From: Lama glama
Taxonomy: Eukaryota
Reading direction: 5' to 3'
NCBI GenBank assembly: GCA_028534125.1
Contig: CM052817.1
Location: 8,744,001 to 8,808,000, forward strand
DNA: 64,000 nucleotides
In this document: positions 25,501 through 39,375 of the stretch, one piece after another
Numbering within the stretch: position 1 is the stretch's first letter
Layout: each line of letters starts with the position of its first letter
Made by a program: the position numbers and the translations under genes
Notes under the pieces: generated by a model
Database searches by the model: none
The model's input: only the letters and a program-made list of their open reading frames with translations
Told to the model about the DNA's origin: nothing

Positions 25501-25811
25501 TCCATTTCCTTTTCATTGGGAAACTCTGCACACCCTGAGATGAGGGAGACCTATTGTTCTGTCTGGTGATCTGGGGTTCCGTTCTAGAAAGAGGAACATT
25601 TTATGGATAGTCGTAAGATTTAAAAATAAAGGATCCAGGTAAAATGAACACTACTCTGAGACACAGGGAAGGAAAATGGGAGCCTTTGATCATCTCCAAA
25701 GAAAGTAAGGGACATCAGAGAGAAAACATGACAGAGGACTGCAAATTTTTTTGAAATTAAAAAAAAAATCACTATTCCATGATTAGAAAGTCTATATGCC
25801 TACTTGCATAA

Positions 25812-25887
25812 TTATATATATACATATATACATAATTATATATATATACATATATATATGTATATATATGTACACACACACACACAA
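25812..25887. repeat. (TA)n/(CA)n microsatellite
   Basis: Direct reading. Confidence 0.9.
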
Positions 25888-27360
25888 ATGAAAGTGAAGA
25901 TGGTCCATGTTGCTGTCTTAGCACATGCAAGAAGGTGAGAAGACACAAACGTGAAAGCCTTCAGGAAGAGTATAAACCCAGAGGTGCACTGAGGCATTCA
26001 GCATCCTACAAATTCATAGACACTGATTGCTGAGGGAGGGACAGTGGGCTTCCCACACGTCATGAGATGGAGTTTCCGAGGCCAGTCTTTCTTTAAGATC
26101 ATAATGGGCTAGGTCACTCCAGTGGAGACTAGGTGATTTTCAAAGGTAAAATGTTACCTGACATGAAGAAAAAAATAGGTTAAGTGACCCAAAAATTGTA
26201 TTATTAAAATAAATTATGACCTTTTATAAGATGGAATGCCTTTAAAAATATAGGAAGATCATGATTGTGGCCTTCCTCCAAGTTGCTTTATCTCATGGTC
26301 AAGCAGGAGTGACAGCCAGCAGTGTCAGGGGACCACGCTCAGTCCTGGTTGGCTGCCCCATGTGGACTCCTTGCCTCATTGCATCAGCACATCTGTCAGC
26401 TCACCAGAAGCCTTATGCCTGGTGGTGGTGAGCACACCTCCACTGTTGTCCTTGAGCCTGCGGGCCAGGTGGGGAGGGCCCTGAACTGAGCAAACGTGTG
26501 GATACTGAGCTAGAACAGTGTATGCAGCCCCTACTATATAGATGTAAGAATAATTTATCAACTTATTAAAAATAATTCCTTTTGGTTGTGAGCTTTGAAA
26601 GGATTTTATTTTTTTTTCTTTTGGCCATTTAGTCCTTCTATAATAATTATTTACTTCTGCATCTTAGGAAATATCAGGATATGTATTTCTAGTGTCGTTT
26701 GGGGGTTCTGATGTATTACTGGGTGACCATTGGACTCTGCCAGAAATTAGGAGCATGTTGAGGTGACGGAGTGACATCAGTATAGGTGTCCTCACTGCCT
26801 GCCTGTCACTGTTGACATCTGTCAGACAGAGCCAAGTATCCAAACACTGTTATTCCAACACAGACAAATCTGCTGCCAAAAAATCACATTGCATTTCCAT
26901 TTCTGCAAAGAGAAAAGAAATTTTATGCTGAAATGTTCAGGCTAAGCATACCAAAGGAAGCCCAGAAAATGAATCATGAGCCATTCCCCATGATACAATA
27001 CAGCATGAATCTCCAGAAATATACAGACTTCAGCATTACTTGTGAGTTATATGGTCTCTTGCAACTCACAGAAATACATCGTTTCATTCTAATATCTTTA
27101 TTGTCACACTCTCTCTTTCATTTGGCTGGCCACTTCAGCTATAAATTTGACAGTCAATACATTTCTAAAGATTATACAGCTTTCCAAGATTTGTTTTGAA
27201 CACACCTTCACTGTTCTTTATCCCCTCTTCAGGTAGAGTCAAAGAATCTGTCATGTACACTGCAGGATTCAAATAAAGCAAATAACTGAGAACTCACTAA
27301 CCCACCCACCAATCCACCCATTCATCCATTAAAAATACTTCTGAATATAAATACTGCTTC

Positions 27361-27430
27361 TTTAATTTTCTTTTTTATTAAAGTATAATCAGTTTACAAC
27401 ATTGTGTCAATTTCTGGTGTACAGCATAAT
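27361..27430 (-). mobile_element. Very short L1 3' tail
   Basis: TTTTTTATTAAAGTATAATCAGTTTACAACATTGTGTCAATTTCTGGTGTACAGCA. Confidence 0.75.
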
Positions 27431-28797
27431 CGTTAATGTGACCTAAGGACCTTTAGGTAGACCTTCTAAAACTGTGACTTATATTTCCATAAAACTTAGG
27501 AGTGAGAACTCTTGTCAAATGATGTTAGGATGATTAAATCAAGTCATGTATACCAAGTGCTTCACATCATTTCTTTTTCCTGCCTGGTTGGTGGAGAGAC
27601 TATAGGAGCTTTAATTTGGTTGCCAAATATTGAGATTTATACAGGGCTCCAATGTAATGTTTCTATCACATGTAGCATACCTGAAGGAAATTTTGATTTT
27701 TTAGGCAAGTCCTGAGTAGAATGCCCTAAAGCTTCAGGCAAATCCAAGTGTCATGTTCCTGCAGCTCACTTGGTTGTATTGAGAATATTCTTTTCACATA
27801 CACTGCCCTGAATTTATGAAGTTATATTCAATTATTTCAACTCTCTGCAGCCTTTCCCATCTCACAGAGGGGAGTCAGTCCCACCCAACCCCCAAAACAG
27901 ATGTATCCAGTACTTCCTTTATCTTCTACTGGGTATTTGGCTGCAAATAGTAGCCCCACAAATTACATGGGATTTCTTCATACTATATACATCCCAGCAT
28001 GTATTAAATTGTAGGAAATTTAGAAAAAATACTTCCATTGTTAAAGTGTTCTTAGGAGAAGCCTTGTCTCCTGTTACCCAAAGGAACTTGAACCCTTACA
28101 GCTGTTTTAGGTACCTCGTGAGCCCCTCTTCTCACCACCTGAGTTCTGCTGTTTATGCTGTTGATTGGATGATTCCCAGCCAATAAGCCAAAGTAAATAA
28201 CCACTAAATCTACCCGTGAATGTCAGAGGGCAAGAGGAACCATTCTGAGGCTTGGTGACCAGTGTTGAACTTCCATGAAAACCATCAGGAGACTCATGAC
28301 TATGATTTTTCTGGGCTTTGAACTTTCCAAATGTTCAGTGATTGCTAGCTTTGACTGCATAACCTAGAGACTGCATTCTGCATGTCTGGATCTTTTTGTG
28401 GTGCCAAGTGTAGGAAGGCCTTACCCTCTTCCTGTTCTGAGGCTGCTGGGCACAGACACTGCCCTGCTGTATTGAGGCACTATGAATTCATGACAGTAAG
28501 AGACACCCTTACCACCCACACTTTCTACAATCTTTTTATTAACAAAAGGCATTGAGTTGGTTAAGGTTATAAATGGCTTTATATTTATACCAAATAATGA
28601 TTTTTTTGCTGTTATTCTTTTCTGTTGAATGTATTCTTTTATTTTTTCCAACATTCAATGAACTGACAGAAAAAAAGCAATTAGAATATATATTCATCAT
28701 CTGTATCACCATTTCTGCTTTTTCCCCTAAAATAACTATTTTTCCTATTCATAATTTGTTATTTATGTTCATTATTAGCATCTATCCTGATAGTGAA

Positions 28798-29230
28798 TGT
28801 GATGGTTAATTTTATGTGTCAGCTTGGCTGAGCTATGGTGCACAGATGTGTGATCAAACAGTATCATGAATGCTTCTGTGAGGGTGTTTTTGAATGAGAT
28901 TAACATTTAAATCAGCAGACATTGAGCAAAGCAGATTGCCCTCCATAATTTGGGTGGGCCTCATCTAATTAGTTGAACGCCTGAATAGAACAGACTTACC
29001 TCCCCAGAACAAGAGGGAATTTTGCCAGCAGAAGCCTTCAGACTTAACCTGCAGCCATAGCTTTGTTCTGGGTTTCTACCTTGCTGGTCCACCCTACAGA
29101 TTTTGGACTTTCCAACCTCAAGAATCATGTGAGTCATCTTAAATCTCTTTCCATATATATATATATATATACACATACACATACACATACACAGTCTATT
29201 GTTTCTGCTTCAATGAGGAATCCTAATACA
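28798..29230 (+). mobile_element. MLT2 (ERVL) complete solo LTR with 5-bp TSD GTGAA
   Basis: TGTGATGGTTAATTTTATGTGTCAGCTTGG...CCTAATACA; GTGAA at both 28793-28797 and 29231-29235. Confidence 0.93.
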
Positions 29231-29354
29231 GTGAATTGATCCAATCAAAGGCAGGCCATTATGTAGATTTATAGACTCAGGATGCTGGAATGGCTGTTCA
29301 TCTGGACCATTCTTCTGTCTCCAAAGAGTGTTAAACACAGGAAAATTCATTTCA

Positions 29355-29870
29355 GAACCAGAGAGGTAGGATTTGAATTTTGCCACAAACTGTGACCTTG
29401 AGCAGACTAGTCTCTCTGAGACTCAGTCTCCATATCTGTAAAATGGAGATGTTAACAGTTCTCACAACATAGGTTGAGTTAAAGATTAAATAAATTAGTA
29501 AATGGAATGACCCATATAACAGAGCCTAGCACTTATTAAGCACTCAGCAAATGTGTAAAGTAAGATTATTGTAAGAAATAGAAAGAATCTACCATCCACT
29601 GGATGCTTGCTGGATGCCTGGCACAGTGTTAAGTGCTATCTATCTATCCATTCATATAATCTGTTTCCTATTTTATTGTTGACACTTAGAGAGTTGAAAT
29701 CACCTGCCCTTGATTGTACAGTTAATAAGAGACAGAGCTCAATGTCAGACCAGGTCTATCTTCCTCCAGAGACTGCATCCTTATTTGCCACATGACCCAA
29801 ACTAACACATGCAAAATGCTTAGCCCAATGCCTAGTACAAAGTAAGTATTCAATAAATGCTCGCTGGAAT
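29355..29870. mobile_element. MIR cluster in both orientations
   Basis: CTGTGACCTTGAGCAG...CTCAGTCTCCATATCTGTAAAATGGAGAT; GCCTGGCACAGTGTTAAGTGCT. Confidence 0.8.
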
Positions 29871-30414
29871 TGTCATTATATTTATTAACCTAGGATTTCT
29901 TTTCTTGTTTCCTGAGAAAAAGAGTCACTAAATTATAGCAAACTATTTATTTGTGAATCTAAAGGGGATCACACTTCCTGAGACCAAATAAGGCTACGTT
30001 GTTTGAACAAGATTTGTTATGGTCATTATTATCATTATCGTTGTTGTCAAATGCAAGTTTTTATATAAGAAATATTTTACCAAGTTATAAAAATAAAATT
30101 ACATGATTGTTAGGGGACAACAACAAAGAGAAGTATAAAATTCAGCAAAAATAGATAATTTTAATATAATATGTGCAATGGGCTTTATTGTAACAAATAT
30201 CTGGAGCACAATTAGGGAATAACAAAGGCAAATGTGCTCAGTGTAAATCAGAAAATATTTAAGGACTCTGGCCTCAGTAGAATAAGGGATGTAGGTGTAA
30301 CTAAGACAATGTCCTTCACCTTAAGGAACTGTTTATAAGCTAACTGAAACTTTGGGCAGGAGAAGACCTGTAACTTCATTCGTTCAATAAACAGTTCCCT
30401 GCCAAATTCAGGAC

Positions 30415-30980
30415 TAAAGCTTCAATAACAGTTTTAAACATGTCATTGATACACTTCTTGTAAAAGGGAGGGCTATGTGTTCTTCTCTTTTTAACTGGGC
30501 TGACTTTAGTGACTAACATGTAGCCAACAGAATGCAGCAGAAGTGATGTTGTGCAATGTCCAAGGACAGATCATAAAATGTAATACAGCTCTGTCTGGTA
30601 CACACAGATATTTGCTTTTGGCTCCCAAAGCCACCATGTAAGGAGTCTCATTATTCTGAGACTGCCATGCTGTGAGGAAGCCCAAACCACAGGGAGAGAC
30701 TGAGTATGTAGTGCTCCTGTCTCAGCCCCAGCTGAGATCTCAGCCAACACAAGACCCGTGAATAAAGACACCTTCAGAAGATTCCAGCCCTAGTCACTGA
30801 GTCATCCCCAGAGGCTCAACCTTTCAGCTGGAGCCTGAGTTATTACTGAGCAGAGATCAGCCATTCCTTCTATGCCTTGTCCGTATTCCAAACCTGTGGG
30901 ATCAGAGAACATGTTAAAATGGTGTTATAAGCAGCTAAGTTTTGGGGTAATTTCTTTCACATCAGGAAGTAACAGGAACA
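30415..30980 (+). mobile_element. MLT1 (F/G/H-like) MaLR solo LTR
   Basis: CCAACAGAATGCAGCAGAAGTGATG...GCCACCATGTAAGGAGTC...CTAAGTTTTGGGGTAATTT...GTAACAGGAACA. Confidence 0.85.
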
Positions 30981-31306
30981 CCACCCTTCTCATCATGTGG
31001 TCTAAAAGACTTCTCTGTAGAAGTCCGTACAGTAAAGTGGAAAAACACCCTGGGTCAACACAATCAAAGGCCATTGATTTGATCTTTTCAGGTCTGACAC
31101 TGAATTTCTGTTATTTTGATCATTTCAAAGGCATTCTCAAATAAATGTCTCAGTTTGAATGGTTTTAAAATATTTTTAAAGATTTTGATTCGTGTTTTTC
31201 ATAATTCCAAACCTACTGTCTACAATGCCCTGCCCTAGGCTCTTACACATGTGGCCTCTGTTCTTACAGAAAGCTTGTGAGATGGTTGTGATTATTCAAA
31301 TGTTGG

Positions 31307-31502
31307 CCACTATATATAAAAATAGGTTTTAAATTTTTCTTCTGTATAGCACAGGGAACGATGTTCAATATCTTATAATAACCTTTAATGAGAAAAATTC
31401 ATGAAAATGAATATATGCATGTATATGCATGATGGGGACATGGTGCTGTATACCAGAAATTGACACATTGTAATTGGCTGCACTTCAATTAAAAAAAAAA
31501 AG
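31307..31502 (+). mobile_element. 5'-truncated young L1 3' end with poly(A), inserted in a MIR
   Basis: CTGTATAGCACAGGGAAC...ACCTTTAATG...CCAGAAATTGACACATTGTAA...CACTTCAATTAAAAAAAAAA; possible TSD AAATGTTGG/AAATGATGG. Confidence 0.9.
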
Positions 31503-31529
31503 AAATGATGGAGAAAGTGAACCGTCAGC

Positions 31530-32110
31530 AGTCAATAGCTATTGTTTATTGAGGGCTTACTACACGTCAAACACTTTCTAACACTTTATGTGTAGTATCT
31601 CAGTTCATCTTCGTAACAACTCTGAGATAGCTGCTACGATGATCTCCACTGTATAGCTGAGGATAACAAAGCACAGAAAAGCTCTGTGACTTGGCCAATT
31701 CTACCCAGCGAACAGGTTGGCGGTCTGTGTCTTAGTCAGCTCAAGATTCTGTAAGAAAATACCACAGACTGGTGGCTTAAACAACAGACATTTATTTCTC
31801 GCAGTTCTGGAGGCTGGAAAGCCCAAGATCAAGGTGCCAGACAATGTGGCTCCTGCTGAGCGCCCTCTTCCTGACTTGCAGGCGGTCGCTTTCTCACTAC
31901 CCTCAAAGGACAGAAGGAGAGAAATAGCTGTGCCCTCTCTTCCTCTTCTTATAAGGACATTAATCCCCTCATGACCTCATCCAATTACCTAATGGCCCCA
32001 GCCCCAATGCTGTCTCACTGGGGGTTGGGGCTTCAACACGTGAATTTAGGGAGAGACACAAACAGAGCTTAGCAATCTGCCATCCAAGGTCACACTCTTA
32101 ACAACGGTGC
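31530..32110 (-). mobile_element. MIR interrupted by an MLT1A LTR
   Basis: TTTATTGAGGGCTTACTACACGTCAAACACT...GTATAGCTGAGGATAACAAAGCACAGA; resumes CATCCAAGGTCACACTCTTAACAAC. Confidence 0.75.
31728..32074 (-). mobile_element. MLT1A/MST-type MaLR solo LTR
   Basis: TGTCTTAGTC...AAATACCACAGACTGGTGGCTTAAACAACAGACATTTATTTCTC...; near-TSD GTCTG/ATCTG. Confidence 0.92.
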
Positions 32111-33834
32111 TGCCTTCTTTAAAAACACACCACGGCACACATGGGGAATGTTTTTAGAAGAAATATTTAAAAATCACAACACTGTATATCCTCTCTGATT
32201 AAAAAAAAATAGTTAAAAGCATGCATAGGACAATGTAGAAAGAAGACAACAAAAAGAAACAGGAGTGGGAATAGTAGTGTATTCAGGCTTTTTTATGAGG
32301 GGTGTGGGTCTCTAGTCAAGATTTTCTGTAATATTTTATTACCTCCATAGCATAACAATATAGTTCAGTATAATAATTTTATAGGCCCTAGCACAGAAAT
32401 TTCCACACAGATGACAAATATGTATTAATGAGTAAGTGAGAACGTCGTATTTCGGTGGAAGATCTTATACTTTGATCACATGCTTTGAGATGTGCTGCCT
32501 CCTTGAAAGGTAAGGAGGGCACACAATGCTCACACCTGGTAAACCAGATGGCTGTGCAGCCAGTGGTGGTGGTGGTTTTGTTCTGTTCTGTTTTGTTTTT
32601 AGATCACATTCTGGACAGTGATGGGGACAAAAGACAGAGCCAAGGTTCTTGATGGGTCAGTGCTTTTCTCTGATTCTTCCCACTTCTGGGAGCCTGGGGA
32701 AAGTAAAAGACAAGAGGGAATTCTGTAAACAGTAAGAGGTGTATTCAGATGATCAGGGCAGACTTCGGCATGCAGGCATTTGTAAAGCTGGAGAAATGAG
32801 AGAAGGGAGGCAGAGCAGCGCCGAGAGAGAGGTGAGGTGGGAGACACTCAGAAGGATCCCCCCCAGAACCCTGCAGCACCACCATCTCCCAGTACGAGGC
32901 TGAGGTACATTTTGAGATGTGGGAGCCTGGAGGAAAGACTGGGCTTGCCTGTTCCACGTTGCCCAGGACGGGCAGATAATCCAGGTCTGTGTGACTCCAG
33001 CTTCCTGCTCTGCCCTTTGCTGCACAGACATGCTCTCCAGACTAGGAGTCACAGCCTCTGAATTCTACACCTCATCCTAACACGAGTTAGAGATAAGAAG
33101 TGTTGGGTAAGAGATTTTACTTTTTGATGCTAAAAGGATATCAGGTACTCGCTAGAAAGAATGAGTTCTCCACCAGAGAGTGTTTCTGAAAATTAAACAG
33201 GATGATGTCTTGGGGTGAAAATAAAAACTTTGAAAAAACAAAAAGTGTACTTTTCTTAACCTTCTAGCACCTCTGACCTGACCTGAACTTAAAGGGAATT
33301 TACAGCCTCTGGGTCTGACATGTAGTGGAAATTTTCATGGGTTTCACTGAATAAATATTAATGTTTATTTATGTGGTGCTGCTCCTGGCTCTGCTGGGAG
33401 AGCTGCTTAATATCAGAGATGATAAAATTTGGAAAAGCCCTGATGCATATTAGGCACCTCCAGTGTCAGATAAGGGATTCTGGACATCTATTGCATTCAT
33501 GAATACACCACCTCTTTCTTTCTTACGGCTATGATGCACATGTGGTCAGGTTTTAATCTTTATTTTCAAAACCATTTTTGACTATAATGTTAAACAGTGC
33601 ATACTGTGTGCTCACATTCCAAAGAATATTCTTCTCCCCAAAGGGCAGAGATGGGAGAGAAGGGCAATTAACTAACTATTCAAACAGGTGGCTTGAAAGA
33701 TGGTTTTCAGTAGTTCTATGTGATTACAGCTATCTCCAGTTCAATTGGGTATAAGAAGGTATGGAATAAAAGATTCTAGAGCTAAAAAAACACAACAGAA
33801 ACATAACAGGGGTTTGAAGAAGGACATCTAACAG

Positions 33835-34040
33835 TGAGAGAAGAGCCCAGACTCTGGCATCAGACAGATTAGGTTCAAAACCTTGTTCTGCCTGCACTTT
33901 GTTCTTGGGCAAAAATAAATTCAGCATCTCTAAATTTGTTTCCTTCGCTGTTAAATGGCGGTAGCAATATATCTCTCATAAGGATTAAATAGAATAAAGG
34001 CATTTTAGCACAGTGTCTGGCATTTTAACTACCTGCAAAA
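33835..34040 (+). mobile_element. MIR
   Basis: AGAGCCCAGACTCTGGCATCAGACAG...GGTTCAAAACC...TTGGGCAA...AGCACAGTGTCTGGCA. Confidence 0.8.
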
Positions 34041-35429
34041 ATAGACATCGTTTTAATTAAATTCACAATTAATATGATGTTTACTGTGAAGTCTTGCTGC
34101 CACAAGCTGTTTGTGGCAAACTTAACCCTCAACAATGAAGTCTATTTCCATTTCTTGTTTACTTAGTTACTCACAGTGGCTGGAAATTTGACAGCACTGA
34201 TTTTTTAACTTCTCAGACTGTAGGTTCAGTGCTGCTAGTTTATTTTCCAATATTTTGCCAAACACCAAGCATCACTGAAGAGTCTTCCCCAAAGGCCCGT
34301 GAGTGGTCTGCCCCTGGTATAATGACTCATAGCTGTAGGTTCTGGGCCAGATAACTTAGGAAGAAGACATTACCACTGCTCCTCAAGGAAATGTCATTTG
34401 GAATGAGACTCCGAATCCAGGAAAGCAGTTAATACCCCAGAGCTCACAGCAGCTGAGCTCAAACATCAGGCTGTGCTTAGAAGGCCCTCCCTTCTCCTTT
34501 TTTAAATGGGCCCTTATTACAGAGGCAGAAGGCTATTAGCCCAGGATCCAGAGCCTGCTACCATAAATTCACCATGAAATCCCGTTGACATTGGTTGACT
34601 GTCAGGAACATAAAACTGTCAGTGGCCACATTTTCAATTAGAAGGGACAATTACTCTGTGCATGTCAGTACATGCACACCCTAGCTCATGTGTGGGAATC
34701 ATCCCAGTCTCAGGCTTGTATGGGAATAGTGGTGATCTGTCTTCACACAGTGAGTCAGGGGTGAGCTTTGGTTTTGTTTGAGTAATAATAATGTTCTGGG
34801 CTTTCCTTCTCTGTAGCACATCAGAGTGCATTGAAATTATCATTTTATTATCAGTCTTTGTCACTAGCCATTTAATGGCCAGACCCATGTCTATGACTTG
34901 TTTTAATCTTCAGACTCTAGAAGAGCACCTTCTATGTAGACAGTGCTCTGTAAATATTTCAATATCAGCACATGGCCTCAGTACTTAAGACAACTAAGCT
35001 GAGTGTGCTTCTATGCCCATACCACTTTCAGTCCCTGGGAACCTTACCTGCCCGGCAGCTCTTTCAGAACAGGTGCACTGAGCCTCATTCTCCTGGTGCC
35101 CAAAGCCAAATTACTGGCTGAAGCAGACATCAGTCTTCAAGATGAGTTCTTACCAACTTGCTAAAGCCTGCTCTCTGCCAGTCTGAATCCCTCCCCACTG
35201 CAGGCTGTCAAACCTCCAGCACATTATCCTCCTTACACAGATAGATGTGTCCTGCCAAGTACCCTACACAAAATGTTGATTTCCTAAACATCAGGTGAAA
35301 GTCCTCTTTCCTAGCATTTGAAACCCATTATCGCATCCCTTCCAACCAGTTCCCAAGCATTTTCTGGAACAGATGCATTCAGAAAGATAGGCTTGTAGCT
35401 TCACCAGGGCTGTGCTATTTACCAGATTA

Positions 35430-35940
35430 GGAGAGTTAGACAGGCTTTGTGTTTGACTGTGTGCTGTGCCACACCCTAACTATGCCACCTTGGAGAGACC
35501 AGGAAGCCTCAGTTTCTCCATCTCTAAAATAGGAATTAACAGTGGTACCTACAGAGTTGTGATGAGGGTTACATGATATGCTGCATGCAAACTGTCTCAT
35601 GGATCATGATGTAAAATACAAGCAAGTTCTCTTCCTATAAGCAGCTGCTCTCACATATTAGTTGTTCAATTCCACTTGATAATTTTTCTGTAATCTCTTA
35701 CTATCCAAGTCCTACCATCCTTCTATAAAAGTCTAGACTCTCAGGGGTTTGTAGTTTGCAAAGTGGTTTTCGTATACCTGGTGCTATTTGATCTGTACCC
35801 ACACAATGAGGTAGGTGACAGAGAAATTGCCTCCTCCACCTCACAGAAATGAGGACAGTGAGCCTGGGAAAAATAAGGGACTTTGCAGAGTAATAAACCT
35901 GAAGCTTTAGCACTAAACGCAAAATTGAGTCTTTATCAAT
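35430..35940. mobile_element. Two MIR fragments
   Basis: GCCTCAGTTTCTCCATCTCTAAAATAGGAAT; ACAGAAATGAGGACAGTGAG. Confidence 0.7.
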
Positions 35941-37149
35941 CAAAATTTCTTATTTCTCAAGGCTCAGTTCCTTAGAACAAGGTCCTGTTTGGACACACTC
36001 GCTCTCTTTGCTATCTTTTCACATCTCTTTGCAAGGATGCTTCTCCTTATGAGTCCAACTCTTCACCTGCATCCACATTTCCATGGAAATGGATTCTCTC
36101 AGACCTGTTCAATATCTTTTATGGTGAGGTTCAGTGGTATTAACTTCCAGTCCTCACCGATTTGGATTTTTATATGAGACACCAGAAGACCTGTAATGTC
36201 AATCCCCAAATATCAGACTGTAATCTTCTGTGGTGTCATGGAAATGGAAGATTTTAGAGACAGAGTGAGGATGTCAAAGAAAAGCACCCACTTTGCTCCC
36301 TAGTTAAGGTTTCCTTTCTTTTACAGTTATGTTAACCACATTGATTAATTCCTGCGGTAGAGAACTAAGCATTCTGAGTAGTTAAATGTTTTGAGAAAAC
36401 GTCCCCAATGTGCACATGCTTATTTGTTTGGAAATTGTGCATATGTTCTAAAATACTACTGTATTCTGCATGCTACAAAAGTGGACTCTTAAAGGAGGTG
36501 TTAAAGATGACAGAATATGTTAAATGCCTTTCTAATTGTGATGAAATTTTAGCAACCACATAAAACTCAGACACCTTACATAACTTTTCTACATCTCATT
36601 ACTAAAATGGGATTATAGTACATAGTAATTGTATGTATTCATTTTATAGGATATGTATGTAATTTATGGGATATCTATAACCCATGTACATAGATTTTTA
36701 TAAGTGTAACACAACATATAGAATGATATATGTATAATAATGTGTCCATCCCACTATTATTAACCTTGCATTTTACCTGCAAGATATTAGCTGATGCTGA
36801 TGATAATGAATTTGAATACATTTCAAATGATCTTCCAGGGCTTATTTGATTTTCTTTGTTTTTGTGTTTGTTTTGGTCTTTCTGTGTGTCAGAAATGTTT
36901 AGATTGGTATTATTTTAATTCATTAATGTAACCAGCAAAGACGTTGGAGCAGAAGCGATATCAGTCCTGTCATTTTCCTGCTCACAGGTGCTTGTGTTAC
37001 TGACATTATCTTCAACCAGTCATTTCTTGTAGAATCTGCCAAACCATATGTTTACTCTCTGAGTGCTAGCATGGTTGACAGGAGATCGCACAACCTGTAA
37101 ATATAATTAACCAGGAACACATAACCTGAGTGCATTATAATACACACCA

Positions 37150-37569
37150 GAGAGACTGCTGGTTGCCCTCCCTTGATATCCATGTTCTGTGAAAAATAGA
37201 AGTTTTAGCTGGGTGGGAAGATTATACATACTGGTCTCCTTTACAGCTAATTCAATCTTTTGAATAGGTTCTGGCTAATAGGATGCAAACAAATTGATGA
37301 GTGCAACTTAAATAAGAAGGAATATGCTCTCTTCTCTTTCTCTCCACTTTCTGCAAAAGCTGAAGCAGCCATCCTTGTTCCCAATAGGGGTGCTCAGTGT
37401 GGCAGTGCAATACTTTTGCAAGGTTGTGAGTGTTTCACACCACAGGTCTGCTATTTTAGCCCTGGAAAGCTCAGGCTCATGCTGTTAGGGAAGTTAGAAA
37501 TAAACTTTTTTTTAAGTCATTGATATTTTGGTCTTTATTATAACAAGAAAACCAGCATCCTAACTAATA
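37150..37569 (+). mobile_element. MLT1J-like MaLR LTR
   Basis: GTTCTGGCTAATAGGATGC...GAAGCAGCCATCCTTG...AGAAATAAACTT...CAGCATCCTAACTAATA. Confidence 0.65.
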
Positions 37570-37694
37570 AGATATACTAAAATTGAGTAGATTAGTGTTG
37601 TGACTTTGTGTCCCCCTGTGTTGTGTAAGCCTCAGTTTCCCCCTACCTTTTTAACCACATCATTAATATTCACACAACTTACTTTCTTTTTGAC

Positions 37695-37815
37695 TTTTTT
37701 AAAATTCTTATTTTTTATTGATGTGTAGTCAATTTACAATGTTAGTTTCATGTGTAGAGCAAAGCAATTAAGTTATACATATACATACATATATGTTTTC
37801 TTCTTTTTTTTCTCT
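37695..37815 (-). mobile_element. Very short L1 3' tail with TSD TTTGACTTTTT
   Basis: TTTTTTATTGATGTGTAGTCAATTTACAATGTTAGTTTC..., with TTTGACTTTTT on both sides. Confidence 0.75.
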
Positions 37816-38070
37816 TTGACTTTTTAAATTAAAAATATGAGAGGAATTCTGTTTTTTCTTCCTGTGCCTCAATCTACTGCTTTATTGGGTGTTGGCATTT
37901 CAGGAGTCTTAATAATTAGACAATTGTCTGGTGTGACACTTGCCTGTGGAGTTTTTCATTTGTTTGTTTTCACCTTTTCATATTAATTGTATTTTTGGTC
38001 TTATCAACCAATGGTGACATCAGTCTCCTGAAGGCAAGGCTATTCTGTACGTGTAACTGTTTCTATATAT

Positions 38071-38235
38071 CAGTGGATCCCAAAATATGTTCCTGGCATT
38101 AGCCTCTCCTAGGAATTTGTTAGAAATCCAAATTCTTGGCCTCTACCCTAGACTTGCCGAATCAGAAACTCCAGGGTAGACTCCAGAAATTGCCCTCCAG
38201 GCAATTCTGAGGCCACCTTAAGCATGAGAATCATG
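38071..38235. mobile_element. MER5A-like MITE
   Basis: CAGTGG...GGAATTTGTTAGAAATCCAAATTCTTGG...GAATCAGAAACTC...CCCTCCAGGCAATTCTGA. Confidence 0.8.
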
Positions 38236-39284
38236 ACAACTGTGCCAATCACTCTTAAACCTCAAAGGCTTAAGAAGGATCAGTATTCTGAGCTGTAGGT
38301 GGAGGTAGAGGGTGGAGGGTATAGGTAGGTGAACTTAAGGGAAGCACTGTGGGGTACCCTAAAAGAAGGGGTTTTGAGATGATCCCCAGTGAAAGGTAGA
38401 CTGTTTCCACCAAATGATTTAACAGTACTGCCTTGCCATGGAGTAGTTATTACCTGTCATGGCAGATAACAGGACAAAGTCCCTCCTGAAGGGAGTGTGA
38501 AGATGCTATTAGGGTGGCAGAGGGGGCGAGAGATGGACTGCTTGCCTGGCCAGGGTTACTGTTGGGCTCCACAAGGAAGAAATCTGAGTGTATTTCTTCT
38601 CAAGAGAGCACACAGATGTGTAAGCATGATCAGAACTGACTAAGCTAGTGGCTCCCCTGAAATGAAATATTGGCATGAGAGGACACCAATAAGTTTTATG
38701 GAAAAAAAAACCCAGTGAGCACTAAATTTGGAAATTGCTGACCTAAACAAAGTTCAGTGCTTTCTCTACTGTAGTGCTTCTCAGAGCACTAACATGCTAA
38801 TGAACATTTTGAATCTCCACGGAGTTACAGAAGGTAACATTGCCTAAATTATTTGGACAACCTCACCCCAAGACAATTCATGGATCAAACAGCCTTTGAA
38901 GCACATTTTGAGAATAGTGTGTTAGGGATAAAATGTGTACAAATTCAATCTTATGAGCTTTGAAAAGAGGGAAAGAATTGAATGAAGTGAAGATTGAGCC
39001 CAAGGAAGAAGGTAGTTTCTGTAAATGCCAGTGTTCACAGTTTACCTTTGTGACTTGGTAAAGGTATAGTGCAGTTCATTCTCAAATTCTATGATGGGAT
39101 TTCCTATCATTGGATTTTCATGATAGGTGTTTTATAAGTTGACTTCTATCAACTCATGCCTCTTCTGATTTAGTTCATTGATTATCCTAGCACCAAAAGG
39201 CCCATGAAGTAGGCTGGCGGTGGTAGGTGAAATGTAGCATTAAAAATTCTTTTGAAATCAATAAAGTTTGAAAGAGATATGTAT

Positions 39285-39375
39285 TATGACATTTTATATG
39301 AGACCTGGGCATTTGTGGATCTTTTTCTAATCCATGGGGTTCCTGGAATCAATCCTCTGTAGATTCCAAGGGGAG
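39285..39375. mobile_element. Tigger/MER2-like terminal fragment
   Basis: CATTTTATATGAGACCTGGGCATTTGTGGAT...GGGGTTCCTGGAATCAATCC..GATTCCAAGGG. Confidence 0.6.
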
